Assembly (NCBI GenBank): GCA_963737655.1
Contig: CAVTTN010000002.1
Span: 5,696,001 to 5,760,000, forward strand
Reading direction: 5' to 3'
Source: an uncultured Planctomycetota bacterium
GTDB lineage: Bacteria > Planctomycetota > Planctomycetia > Isosphaerales > Isosphaeraceae
DNA length: 64,000 bases
In this document: positions 50,541 through 60,667 of the stretch, in pieces
Layout of the letters: each line of letters opens with the position of its first letter
Numbering within the stretch: the stretch's first letter is position 1
Position numbers and translations under genes: made by a program
Notes under the pieces: model-generated
What the model was told of the DNA's origin: nothing
Database searches by the model: none
What the model saw: the letters and a program-made list of their open reading frames with translations, nothing else

Positions 50541-50679
50541 GTAGGGTGCATGAAATGCACCAGCAAGCGGCGGGCAAAGCCCGCCCACCATCGCCTCCGC
50601 ACTCCCAACTCCGATTTGTAGGGCAGGCCTCGGCCTGCCGAGACTCGGCAAGACGGCAGGCCGAGGCCTGCCCTACAAA
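50541..50679. repeat. GTAG-type REP cluster: family E unit plus family D doublet
   Basis: GTAGGGTGCATGAAATGCACC at 50541-50561; GTAGGGCAGGCCTCGGCCTGCCG inverted pair at 50615-50679. Confidence 0.85.
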
Positions 50680-50727
50680 ACTCCGCACTCCGAGGCAGGC
50701 AACGCTCGAATCCCTCCGAGGCCCACG

Positions 50728-51042
50728 ATGGAACCCACCCCCTCCCGAGAGCAGGAACAATCCATCAAGGAGCGGAAGCAGCTCTTATATGACGAGGAGG
50801 AGCTGCCGCCGAGCGCCCCGGGCGACGCCATCCTGCGAAAGCCGTTCGCCCAGTACCTCCGCGAGGTCCCGGCCGCCCCGCTCTCGCTCCAGACCCGGGC
50901 GATCCTCTGGGCGCTGGGCGTCGTGATCGCCGTGCTGCTCGGCGGGGCGATCCTGAAGTCGACGAGGCCGAAGGTCAAGGCGGAGAGCACCAGGGAGCAA
51001 AGCATGACGATCCCATCATTCTCGATCGGACGCCTCGCCTGA
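50728..51042 (+). CDS. Small single-pass membrane protein
   Basis: KPFAQYLREVPAAPLS followed by a hydrophobic helix. Confidence 0.6.
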   Translation: MEPTPSREQEQSIKERKQLLYDEEELPPSAPGDAILRKPFAQYLREVPAAPLSLQTRAILWALGVVIAVLLGGAILKSTRPKVKAESTREQSMTIPSFSIGRLA

Positions 51043-51564
51043 ACCGACCCGGCCGACCACGCCGACCGACCGGGCCGCTCGCGACGACGTCTCCAACCCA
51101 TCATCGCGGCCCACCCCCTCGCGCGATCGCGAGAAATCCGCGCCCCCTCGCCGCGAGGGACGCTCCGCCCCATGACCAGGACCGCGCCCCGGGCCTCGAA
51201 AATCGGCAACCGGGGCCATCGCCGGCCATCGCCGGCCGTTCCGCAATTCGTTGTGACCTAAAGACCTTGCGACGATGCACGAGACACATCAAAGCGTGCA
51301 CGTAAATCTGCTTGCACGCGTCGTTGCGCGCGCCAAATGCCTTGTTTTCGTGGCGAAACCCGCGATTCCGACCGAAAAGTGTCGTCAACTTGGCCCGGAG
51401 TGTTGTCCAGTTCGTCGCCGACGGGGCCTGGCATCGGCCACACTTGTTATTTTCCAACATATATTTACTACGCAAGAAAACGGCCCGACGGCCCGCGAGG
51501 AGGTGTCCCCGCGGGCCGTCGGCCCGTCCGCGAATGGATGGCTGGATGCTTGCTGATCCCCGGC

Positions 51565-52341
51565 TCAGGTGCCGAACTCGGGCCTGCGGGTGGAGAGCTG
51601 GGACTGGAGCCTCTGGATGATCGACGAGTGCATCTGCGAGACGCGCGACTCGCTGAGGTCGAGCGTGGCGCCGATCTCCTTCATCGTCAGCTCTTCATAG
51701 TAGTAGAGGATGATGATCAGCCTCTCGTTGCGGTTGAGGCCCTTGGTGACCATCCTCATGAGGTCCTTGCGCTGGAGCCTCCGGGTGGGGTCCTCGCCCT
51801 TCTTGTCCTCGAGGATGTCGATCTCGCGGACGTCTTTATAGCTGTCGGTCTCGTACCATTTCTTGTTCAGGGAGATGAGTCCGACGGCGTTGGCGTCGGC
51901 GGACATCTTGTCGTACTCCTCCATCGGCAGGCCGAGCCTCTCGGCGAGTTCGGCGTCGGTGGGGGGCCGCCCGTGCTGGGCTTCGAGGGACTTCCTGGCC
52001 TCCTCCATCTTGGTGTGCTTGGAGCGCACCAGGCGGGGGACCCAGTCCATGGTGCGAAGTTCGTCGAGCATGGCCCCTCGGATCCGGGGGACGCAGTACG
52101 TCTCGAACTTCACGCCGCGGGAGAGGTCGAAGGCGTCGATGGCGTCCATCAGGCCGAAGACGCCGGCCGAGATCAGGTCGTCGAGGTCGACGCCCTCGGG
52201 CAGGCGCTGCCAGATCCGCTCGGCGTTGTACTTGACCAGGGGCAAGTAGCGCTCGACCAGGCGGTTCCGCAAGGGCGTGGTGGGCTGCTCCTTGAACTCG
52301 CGCCAGAGTTCGGTGACGTCCACGTCCAGCTTGGTTGGCAT
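51565..52341 (-). CDS. fliA: RNA polymerase sigma factor FliA/WhiG (sigma-28)
   Basis: DDLISAGVFGL, KFETYCVPRIRGAMLDELR..DWVPR, LTMKEIG..LSESRVSQMH. Confidence 0.95.
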   Translation of the reverse strand: MPTKLDVDVTELWREFKEQPTTPLRNRLVERYLPLVKYNAERIWQRLPEGVDLDDLISAGVFGLMDAIDAFDLSRGVKFETYCVPRIRGAMLDELRTMDWVPRLVRSKHTKMEEARKSLEAQHGRPPTDAELAERLGLPMEEYDKMSADANAVGLISLNKKWYETDSYKDVREIDILEDKKGEDPTRRLQRKDLMRMVTKGLNRNERLIIILYYYEELTMKEIGATLDLSESRVSQMHSSIIQRLQSQLSTRRPEFGT

Positions 52342-52620
52342 CCTTGCCCTCCATGACAGGTCTTGCGGGGGCCTCGGCGCATCCTGCGTCCGGGGCCGGG
52401 GTCGCGGCGATCGGCCGGGGGGTCGTCGCGGCCTCGGCGGCGGGCTCGGCCCGTGATCCCGGCGAGAGGGTCTCGCCGGGCGGCCTCCCGCCCCTCCTTC
52501 GCGTCGCGCGGTCGGGGGAACTTCGGCATTCGCGGTGAGTCTGTTATCGGGTCGCCGGCACAACCGGCTTGAGCCTCAGAATCGGAACCTTCGCGGCGGC
52601 CGGGCGGCCCGCGACGGCCG

Positions 52621-53511
52621 TCATCCCGCCACCCGGCCCAGCGCTCGTCTCGCGGTCAGGCTGGCGAAGAACCCGGGCTTCGGCGGCCTCGGGTGGCGTT
52701 CCTCGATCAACGTGGTCGCCAGCTGGCGGACGCATCGCGAGGCGAGCGAGTTCGGGAATGCCGAGACGAACGGCTTCCTCAGGCGGACGGCCCTCGGCAC
52801 GCTGTCGTCCGAGCGGACGTACCCCAGGGGCGCCACCACCGTCCCGAGGAAATGCCGGCTCGAGGCCGCCAGCCTCGCCAGGCAGTCGGCCGCCTCGGCG
52901 TTCGAGTGCGCCTGGTTGACGATCAGGCGGAGCGCCAGGTCTCGCGAGGGCCGGCCGAGCCGACGCAGGGCCGCGTGGGCGTCGGCCACCGAGGTCGGCT
53001 CGGGCGTGGTGACCAGGACGACGCCATCGGCGGCCGCGGCGAGCGTGGCGATCGACGGATTCAGGCCGCTCCCGGCGTCGATCAGCAGGAAATCGGCCCC
53101 CGCCTCGAGCTCGGCGAGCTCGGAAGCGACGCGGCGGGGGGCGTCGGCCAGGACCTCGGGGGCGGTCCTCGTCCCGTGGGCCCCGGGCAGGATGCGGACG
53201 TCGGCCGGCCCGTTGACGATCGCGTCGGCCAGGGGCCGGCCCCCCGCCAGGACGTCGCCGAGGTCGCACCCCGGCGCCAGCCCGCAGAGCAGATCCAGGT
53301 TCGCCAGGCCGAAATCGGCGTCGATCAGGGCGACCCTCTGGCCCTGCTCGCCCAGGGCGATGGCCAGGTTCAGCGCGAGGTTGGAGGTCCCCACGCCCCC
53401 CTTGCCGCTGGTGAACACGAGCGACCGGGCCGAGGGGGGCGGGGTCGGCTCGGGGGCCGGGCCCTCCCTCGTTCGGATCAGCCTCCTCAACACGTCGGCC
53501 TGATCGGACAT
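52621..53511 (-). CDS. flhG: FlhG/FleN MinD-like ATPase
   Basis: MSDQA, SGKGGVG, DADFGLANLD, TTPEPTS; lies after flhF. Confidence 0.9.
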   Translation of the reverse strand: MSDQADVLRRLIRTREGPAPEPTPPPSARSLVFTSGKGGVGTSNLALNLAIALGEQGQRVALIDADFGLANLDLLCGLAPGCDLGDVLAGGRPLADAIVNGPADVRILPGAHGTRTAPEVLADAPRRVASELAELEAGADFLLIDAGSGLNPSIATLAAAADGVVLVTTPEPTSVADAHAALRRLGRPSRDLALRLIVNQAHSNAEAADCLARLAASSRHFLGTVVAPLGYVRSDDSVPRAVRLRKPFVSAFPNSLASRCVRQLATTLIEERHPRPPKPGFFASLTARRALGRVAG

Positions 53512-53596
53512 GTTCCCCCCTTGATGGTGCAGGAGATGCACCGAGCGCGTCCCCGGCCGTTCCGGAGAGGCGGTGGCGCCGGCGGCCCGGCTCGCG

Positions 53597-54731
53597 TCAG
53601 TCATGGGCGGAGACCTCCTCGTGACCCAGGATCAGGGCGGCGAGCCGTCGGCGGTCGGCCGGCTCGATGTCGTCGGGGACGGCCTGGCCGGTCGTCAGGT
53701 AACTCACCGGGCGGTCGGCCCCGCCGATCACGGCGAGGACCCCGCCGAGGCCGTCGGCCTCGTCCAGCTTCGTCAGGATCAGGCGGTCGGCGCGGACCGC
53801 CGAGAACCGCTCCACGGCCGATCGCAAGCTCCGCTCGGCCGACGTGGCGCTCAGCACCAGGTGGACCTCGTCGGGCCTCGCCGCCGTCAAGAAGTCGGCA
53901 AGCTCGCGGATCTTCACCTCGTCCCTCGGAGAACGTCCCGCCGTGTCGATGAGCACCAGATCCACATCCCCGAGGGCGTCGATCGCCGCCCTCATCTCGC
54001 CCGGCGCGTTGGCGACGGCCAGGGGAAGGTCGATGATCTCGGCATAAGTGCGCAATTGTTCGACGGCGGCGATCCGGTACGTGTCGACGGTCACCAGGCC
54101 GGGCCTCAGCCCGTGGACCAGCTTGAAATTCGCGGCGAGCTTCGCCACCGTGGTCGTCTTGCCCACGCCCGTCGGCCCCACCAGGGCCACGACCTTCCGC
54201 GTCCCGGGGACGACCGAGATCGGCGGGGCGATCGGCAAGCACGTCTCGACGGCCTCACGCAGGGCGTCGCGGACGGCCTCGGGCCGGCGGGCGTCGTCCG
54301 GCTCGAGGCGGTCGGCGACGATCCTCACGAGCCTCCGGGCCAGGACCTCGGGCACCTCGGCCTCAAGGAGGGTCGCATAGGTCGGGACGAGATGGCCGGG
54401 GAGGTCCAGGATCAGGTGATCGAGCCGGCCCGAGTTGCTCAGCGCCTCGACCATCGCATGCAAACGCCCGAGCTGCTCGCCGAACTGCGATTGAAAGGCC
54501 GGAGACGCCGGCTGAGGGGCGATCGTCGGCACCGCGAACCCGGCCGAAGGGGCCTGGGCCTGGCGACTGGCGGTGACTTCGATCAGCTCCCGGGTGCCGA
54601 GGCCGAACATCCGCCGGCGGCGGACCTCGCGAGTGCCGAGGATCACGGCCGACCCGCCGAGGTCCCGGCGAGGCCTGCGCCAGGGCCTCTCGCATCGTGC
54701 CCGCCCGGTAGGTCCTGGAGGTCGTGGTCAT
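53597..54731 (-). CDS. flhF: Flagellar SRP-family GTPase FlhF; frameshift near 54670
   Basis: TYRAGTMREAL, GPTGVGKTTT, DTYRIAAVEQL, DTAGRS, TKLDE, GQAVPDDI. Confidence 0.92.
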
Positions 54732-54799
54732 CGGTTCGGGTGCAGGTCTGCACCGTCCTTCATGCGATTTTCTTGACAAATCATCACATGTGGCGATTC

Positions 54800-54830
54800 C
54801 CTCGTTCCCACGCGGAGCGTGGGAACGAGG
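54800..54830. repeat. REP-like palindrome CCTCGTTCCCACGC-GGA-GCGTGGGAACGAGG
   Basis: Perfect 14-bp stem in the flhA-flhF spacer. Confidence 0.75.
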
Positions 54831-54856
54831 GGTGGCGGTGGGCGCTCGTCGGGGGA

Positions 54857-56986
54857 TCAGGCATACATTTCCTCCACTTCCTCGACGACCGTGCCCACGG
54901 ACTCGACCGGCAAGTCTCTCGGGATCTCGCGCTGGCCGAGGACGGCGAGCCTGGGGAGGTCGGCCCGGGTGAGGTCTTTCAGCACCGGGCGGGCCTCGGT
55001 GGAGCAGAGGATCACGGGCGGGAATCCGGCCTCGGCCATCGCGTGGACGGCCAGGGCGACGGCCCGGACGACGGCCCTGGCGGCGTCGGCCCCGAAGGCG
55101 TCGGCCGGTCGGGTGTCGGACTGGATCCCGGCCTCGGCCAGCCGTTCTTCCAGCGATCGCGAGAGCGTGGCGACCCTCAGGCGGCCGTCGGGCGAGAGGT
55201 GGGCCGCGGCGATCTGCCGGCCCAGGGCGCGGCGGGCGTGCTCCGTGAGGGCGTCGGTGTCGCGGGTCTTCCCCGCGTGCTCGGCCAGGGCTTCGAGGAT
55301 GGTTTCCAGGTCGCGGACGCTCACCCGCTCGCGGACCAGGGCCTGCAAGACGCGCTGGACCTCGCCCGCGCGGAGCATCCCGGGCACGACCTCATCGACC
55401 AGCGCGGCGGACGTGGCCCGGGCCCTCTCCAGCAATCGGCGGACCTGTTCGTGAGTCATGAGTTCGTCGGCATGATTCAGGACGACCTCGCCGAAATGCC
55501 CGGCGACGACGGCCGACGCCTCCAGGACCCGGCAGCCGGCGAGCTCGGCCACCTCTCGGCCGTCGGCGTGGATCCACACGGCCGGGTCGCCCGAGACCGG
55601 GTCGATCCCGTCCCGGCCGTCGGGCCTCTGCACCATCCCGGCCGGCGGGACGGCCAGCAGCCGCCCGGCGTAGGCGATCCCCCGGCCCACGGCCACTCCT
55701 CGAATCTTCAAGCAGTATTCATGAGGCCCCAACGCGATTTCGTCACGGATTCTCACCTGAGGGACGATCAATCCCAGCTCGCGGGCCACTCGCTGGCGGA
55801 CGGTGCGGATGCGGTCGAGCAGGTCGCCGCCCCGGGTCGGGTCCACCGAGCTGATCAGCCGGTATCCGACCTCCAGCTCCAGGGGATCGACCTGGAGCAG
55901 GTCCTCCATCCGGTCGGAATGGTGCTCGGGAGGAGGCGCCGGGGCGGCGGGGATCGCCGATTCCACCTCTTCCGCGAGATTCTCCGAAATGTTCACCCGG
56001 CGATTCGAGAGCACGACGGCGCCGGCCCCGAGCGCCCCGGAGAGCGTGAGCATCGGCACCTTGGGCAGCGCGGTGAACGCCAAAATCGCGAGGAAGCCGG
56101 AGGCCACGCCCAGGACGATCGGCCGGGAGAACAACTGGCCGATCACGTCCTCGCCGAGGTCGCTCTCGGAGCTCGACCGGGTGACGATCAGTCCGGCGGC
56201 CAGGGAGATCAGGAACGCCGGGACCTGGCTGACGAGGCCGTCGCCGATGGTCAGCTTGGTGAACACGCCGACGGCCTCGGAGAGCGGCATCCCATGCTCG
56301 AACATGCCGAGATACAGGCCGGCGGCGATGTTGACCAGGGTGATCAGGACGCCCGCGACGGCATCGCCCCGGACGAACTTGCCGGCCCCGTCCATGGCGC
56401 CGAAGAAGTCGGCCTGGCGATAGAGCGAGTCCCGGCGGCGGGCGGCCTCGTCGCCGTCGATCAGGCCGGAGTGGAGGTCGGCGTCGATGGCCATCTGCCG
56501 GCCGGGGAGGCCGTCGAGCATGAACCGGGCGGCCACCTCGCTGATCCGCGTGGCCCCCTTGGTGATCACGACGAACTGGATCACCACGAGGATCGCGAAC
56601 AGGATGGCGCCGACGACGACCTGCTCGCCCGCCACGAAGTCGCCGAACGCGCGGATCACCCCGCCGGCCGCTTCGAGGCCGTCGGTGCCGCCTCTGGTCA
56701 GGATCAATCGCGTGGTCGCCACGTTCAGGACCAGCCGGGTGAGCGTGGTGACGACCAGGAGGCTCGGGAACGCGCTGAATTCCAGGGGGGTGCGGATCGT
56801 GAGGACCGTCAGGAGGATCAGCACGGCGGCGGTGATGTTGGCGGAGATCAGCAGGTCCAGGGCCAGCGGCGGCAACGGGACGAGGAATACGGCGATCGCG
56901 CCGACGATCGTGATCGGCAGGGCGAGCCCGGCCCATCGCGACGCACCGGCTCGATCGATTCCGCTTCGGATCGCTTCGGGAGGCAT
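54857..56986 (-). CDS. flhA: Flagellar export protein FlhA
   Basis: VITKGATRISEVAARF, QMAIDADL, FFGAMDGAGKFVRGDA, IGDGLVSQVPA. Confidence 0.95.
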   Translation of the reverse strand: MPPEAIRSGIDRAGASRWAGLALPITIVGAIAVFLVPLPPLALDLLISANITAAVLILLTVLTIRTPLEFSAFPSLLVVTTLTRLVLNVATTRLILTRGGTDGLEAAGGVIRAFGDFVAGEQVVVGAILFAILVVIQFVVITKGATRISEVAARFMLDGLPGRQMAIDADLHSGLIDGDEAARRRDSLYRQADFFGAMDGAGKFVRGDAVAGVLITLVNIAAGLYLGMFEHGMPLSEAVGVFTKLTIGDGLVSQVPAFLISLAAGLIVTRSSSESDLGEDVIGQLFSRPIVLGVASGFLAILAFTALPKVPMLTLSGALGAGAVVLSNRRVNISENLAEEVESAIPAAPAPPPEHHSDRMEDLLQVDPLELEVGYRLISSVDPTRGGDLLDRIRTVRQRVARELGLIVPQVRIRDEIALGPHEYCLKIRGVAVGRGIAYAGRLLAVPPAGMVQRPDGRDGIDPVSGDPAVWIHADGREVAELAGCRVLEASAVVAGHFGEVVLNHADELMTHEQVRRLLERARATSAALVDEVVPGMLRAGEVQRVLQALVRERVSVRDLETILEALAEHAGKTRDTDALTEHARRALGRQIAAAHLSPDGRLRVATLSRSLEERLAEAGIQSDTRPADAFGADAARAVVRAVALAVHAMAEAGFPPVILCSTEARPVLKDLTRADLPRLAVLGQREIPRDLPVESVGTVVEEVEEMYA

Positions 56987-57295
56987 CCGTTCCTCCGCCG
57001 CAAGTTCAGTTCAGTTCGGTTCAAGCCCGGAGAGTCGTCCCCCTCTCGCTCGCATCGAGAGGAGGGGGAGCGTCGGCTGGGCCTCCATGCCCGGCCGTCG
57101 CCCCTCGCCGGCCCCGAGGCGAAATTCGCCCGAGGCCGGTGGAAGTTTCGGTCGTCGATCGTGACGGGTCGGGGGTGTGTCGCGAGGGGAGATGGGCGTC
57201 GCGTCGGACGTGTGGCGGGACGATATCCCCGGTCGGCCCGGATGTCCAGATCGGAATCGCCGTGGGTTCACGGCCGAGTCGCGAACGCCAGTCTT

Positions 57296-57356
57296 CGTAG
57301 GGCAGGCCTTGGCCTGCCGCCTTCGCGGATCTCGGCAGGCCAAGGCCTGCCCTACG
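57296..57356. repeat. GTAG-type REP doublet, family D copy 2
   Basis: CGTAGGGCAGGCCTTGGCCTGCCG ... CGGCAGGCCAAGGCCTGCCCTACG. Confidence 0.85.
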
Positions 57357-57382
57357 TGAGTGCCATCCGATCGTGAACCGCT

Positions 57383-58168
57383 CTAGAGCAAGCTCTCCAG
57401 CAACAGCTTGAGCTTGCGGACCTCGACCTCGACGTCGAACGGGTTCTCGATGCCGTCGTGGATCGCGACGGTGAGCGCCCGGTTGTAGCCGTGGCGTTCG
57501 AGCTGGCTGACGACCTTGCCGTACTCGACCTCGCCCTGGCCCACCTTCACCTGGAATTCGCCGGGCTTCTTGCCGGTGTCGCGGAAATAGACGTTCTGGA
57601 CGTAGGGATAAACCTCGTCGAACGACCCATTCTGATGAGGTCCGTAGATATAATGGCTCGGGTCGAGCGTCAATCCCAGGCCCGGGACGCTCCTGCACAA
57701 CGCCACGGCGGCGGCGGGGTCGGCCGTGATCTTCTCGGAGTGGGTGAGGACGGTCAAAACGAGTCCCTGGCGGGTCGCGACCTCGTTCAACTCGCGGAGC
57801 CGGGCCACTTCCTCGTCGAACGGGGTGCCCAGGGGGGCGGCGGGGATGGTCAGGACGGCGACGGTCAACGGCTTGGCCAGCCGGCACATCGCCTCGAACC
57901 GCTTGCGATAGGTCTTCGCGTCGACGTCGCCGAAGTCCAGGTCCAGGGCCGACGGAGTGAGGCTCGGCCCGTAGCGGACGCGATGGAGGGTGCCCTCGGG
58001 GTCCTCGGCCGCGACGCTGGGGCGGAGGTGAGGGCTGTCCTCGACGATCGCCAGGTCGATCTTGCCGAATTCGAGCTCGGCGATATGACGGAGGGCCGAC
58101 TCCAGCGGCTCCTTCGAGAAGCAGAGTGTGCTGCAAGCGACGAACAACCGGCCCTCCTCGCCCTCCAT
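57383..58168 (-). CDS. Sugar phosphate isomerase/epimerase (xylose isomerase-like TIM barrel)
   Basis: GLTLDPSHY, VYFRDT, VGQGEVEYG. Confidence 0.75.
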   Translation of the reverse strand: MEGEEGRLFVACSTLCFSKEPLESALRHIAELEFGKIDLAIVEDSPHLRPSVAAEDPEGTLHRVRYGPSLTPSALDLDFGDVDAKTYRKRFEAMCRLAKPLTVAVLTIPAAPLGTPFDEEVARLRELNEVATRQGLVLTVLTHSEKITADPAAAVALCRSVPGLGLTLDPSHYIYGPHQNGSFDEVYPYVQNVYFRDTGKKPGEFQVKVGQGEVEYGKVVSQLERHGYNRALTVAIHDGIENPFDVEVEVRKLKLLLESLL

Positions 58169-58329
58169 GGGGCTGGCGCTCGCGGGACCTCATCTCATCT
58201 CCGGGCAATTCCGTGCGAGTGATCTTATCGCAAGGAAGAAACCGGGGGTAGGCCAGTCGCGGACGACGGCGACGACGCCGAGAGGTCCTCGATGGACCGT
58301 TTCCACGACTCGCTCCGCATCGGCCCGGC

Positions 58330-58671
58330 TCAATACTCGAAGAGGGCTTCGAGACGTTCGAGGATCGAATCCATCGTGGCCTGGGAAACGCTGCCCCATC
58401 GATTCTTGAGGCGCTGTTTCGAGATCGATCGGACGGCCTCGCACATCGCGAAGCTCGTGGCCGACAGTCCACCTTCGGGCGGTTCGACCCGCACATGGAG
58501 CGCGACCCCGCGATCCGTCCGGGTGAACGGGACCGCGACGACCAGGTCGGCGGGACCGTCGTTGAATTCATCGACCGAGACGACCAGGACAGGGCGAGTC
58601 CCCGCTTGCTCACGCCCCCGCGTGGGGTCGAGTTCCGCGACCCACACCTCACCCTGCCGCAACGTCGGCAT
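58330..58671 (-). CDS. mazF: PemK/MazF endoribonuclease toxin
   Basis: QGEVWVAELDPTRGREQAGTRPVLVVS, CEAVRSISKQRL. Confidence 0.92.
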   Translation of the reverse strand: MPTLRQGEVWVAELDPTRGREQAGTRPVLVVSVDEFNDGPADLVVAVPFTRTDRGVALHVRVEPPEGGLSATSFAMCEAVRSISKQRLKNRWGSVSQATMDSILERLEALFEY

Positions 58672-59128
58672 CGTCCGGCTCCCCCTCCAGCCCATCGGCG
58701 AGCGTGGCGTCCCACTCGTCCCGTTCCCTCGTCATCTCCGCCCACGCCTCCAGGTCGGAGCGGAGCCTGGCATAGGCCTCGTTCGCCTGCGAGATCAGCG
58801 TGCCGCCACTCGCACGCCGCAGGGCGCGCCCCGAGGGAGAGCGGGTCCCCTCCACTTCGGTCCGCATCGCCGGATCGCGTCGAAGTCTCTGGGCCATCAA
58901 GCTAAGAAAAAGCATCTCATCAAGAGAGGGAAAGGTCTCGGTTGATCCGCCCCGGAGTTCCGAGGAGGGACCTGGAGGCAGTGCCAGAGTGAGCCGTCGG
59001 ACCGCTTCGTCCACCCCGATCGTCTCGGCGAGCCACAGGATACGGTCCTTCTCCTCGGCGGTCAAAGACCCGCGACGGCCGTGAGTGGCGACGGGGGCCT
59101 GGAAGAAACGGGAGCGGTCGGAGGACAT
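58649..59128 (-). CDS. Putative MazF antitoxin with atypical N-terminal extension
   Basis: C-terminus ANEAYARLRSD..W..ERDEWDATLADGLE overlaps the mazF start. Confidence 0.65.
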   Translation of the reverse strand: MSSDRSRFFQAPVATHGRRGSLTAEEKDRILWLAETIGVDEAVRRLTLALPPGPSSELRGGSTETFPSLDEMLFLSLMAQRLRRDPAMRTEVEGTRSPSGRALRRASGGTLISQANEAYARLRSDLEAWAEMTRERDEWDATLADGLEGEPDDADVAAG

Positions 59129-59463
59129 GGCAAACCTCGCATCCGGCGAATCCGGGCCGATCTCCGACGGTCCGGCGGCGGCACGCTCGACCGCCTCCCC
59201 GAATTCTACCCTGTCCGACCGGGCCTGTCCCCGGGCTCTTTCCGAGCCTTCCCTTCGGCCGCGAGGCGTCGGAATCGCTCGGCGACCTGGGCATCGCGGG
59301 CCTCCGGCGTCGGAGGGGGCGGGGTCCGGGGCATCGGGTCGGCCTCCTCGGGAGGGGCGAGGGTCGAAGCGGCCCATCCGCCCGGCCCGCCGCCTCCCGA
59401 CGATTTTATCCCCCGACCGGCCCTCCACGAACAGGCCATCGCGGCCCGCCCCGGACGCCCCGA

Positions 59464-60504
59464 TCAATCCCGACGCCCCGCCACCCGGAGCGAGCCGAGC
59501 CGACGCCGGGCCGCCCAGCCCAGGAGGGCCGCGACGCCGAGGGCCAGCGCCGTCGGCTCGGGCACGGCGTTGGGGGTCATGAGGTAGGCGTGGTGCTCGC
59601 CATTCACTTCGGCGTCGAAAGCGATCTGACCCCGATTGTTCAGGCCGACGAGGTCGGTGATCGTTACCCCGCCGAGCGACTGCACGAGGTCGGACAGGTC
59701 GGTCATCGTGCCGTTCTGATACAGGAATGCGTGAACACCCGAGGATGCAGTGTCCGAGAGCCCGATGATCTGGCCCGAGTCGTTGATGTGCGTGGCCGTG
59801 CTCGTGGTCCCCCCGGGGAGCGTCCCCAGGTCCATCATCTTGCCCCCGCTGAAGAGGAAAGCGTGGGAGGGTGTCGAGGTGAAGGAGGACCCGCCGCCGA
59901 CAACTTGGCCCGAGTTGTTGACGGAGTATGCGGCGGCCGAGGTCTCGCCGGGGAGGGTGCCGAGATCGAGGACCCCGCCCCCGGAAATCAAGAAGGGATG
60001 GAAGACGGCTGCGCTGGACGTCGTCGAAAACACCTGCATCTCGCCGACGACCTGCCTTGAATCGTTGATCCCGTCGGCCCGACTCTCGGTGGAGATCCCG
60101 GGAATCGGCGTGACGGTTCCCCCAACCTGGGTCGCGGCGACCTCGCCGTTAATGCGGGTGCTGATGGTGCTACCCGCCACCTCACCAGAATTGCTGATCG
60201 CTCTTGCGTTGAAGTTGTTCGCGGTCGTCGCAAACTGGCCGCCGTCGTTGATCCCCGTCCCGCCCGTGGCGATCTGCGACATCTTGCCGTCGCTATAGAT
60301 GTAGGGAACGCCCCCCGACGAGCCGATGACCTGACCGAGGTTGTTCAGGCCGGTCACTGTGGTATTGCTCGCCCCCGGGAGCGACCCCAGGTCGGTGATC
60401 GTGTACCGCGACGCATCGGCCCGGGCTATCGCCGCCGAGAGGGCGAGCATCAGGGCCGCCGCGATCGGCGCGGACTTCCGACGGGCCTTCGCATTCGCTC
60501 TCAT
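59464..60504 (-). CDS. HAF-repeat extracellular protein with PEP-CTERM
   Basis: YTITDLGSL, repeated INDSGQ/HAFL/DLGTLPG, VPEPT + TM + RRR. Confidence 0.9.
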   Translation of the reverse strand: MRANAKARRKSAPIAAALMLALSAAIARADASRYTITDLGSLPGASNTTVTGLNNLGQVIGSSGGVPYIYSDGKMSQIATGGTGINDGGQFATTANNFNARAISNSGEVAGSTISTRINGEVAATQVGGTVTPIPGISTESRADGINDSRQVVGEMQVFSTTSSAAVFHPFLISGGGVLDLGTLPGETSAAAYSVNNSGQVVGGGSSFTSTPSHAFLFSGGKMMDLGTLPGGTTSTATHINDSGQIIGLSDTASSGVHAFLYQNGTMTDLSDLVQSLGGVTITDLVGLNNRGQIAFDAEVNGEHHAYLMTPNAVPEPTALALGVAALLGWAARRRLGSLRVAGRRD

Positions 60505-60667
60505 GGCTCACCTTCCCTGGCGCGAGTTCCCGAGCGGTCGGGGCCGGGCCCCGGCCATCCATGATCGGGCGTGGCGAATCTACCGAGGGGGGATCGATCC
60601 GACAAGGCGAATCCGTGGCCCACGAAGGCCGTGGCGCCCGGCCTTCCGATCCGCTATCCTGATCCCC

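Noticed and set aside
51440..51480. dif site or replication origin in the AT-rich tract
   Set aside because: No convincing XerC/XerD consensus and no DnaA-box cluster.
54857..56986. Injectisome SctV instead of FlhA
   Set aside because: Adjacent flhF, flhG and fliA indicate the flagellar system.
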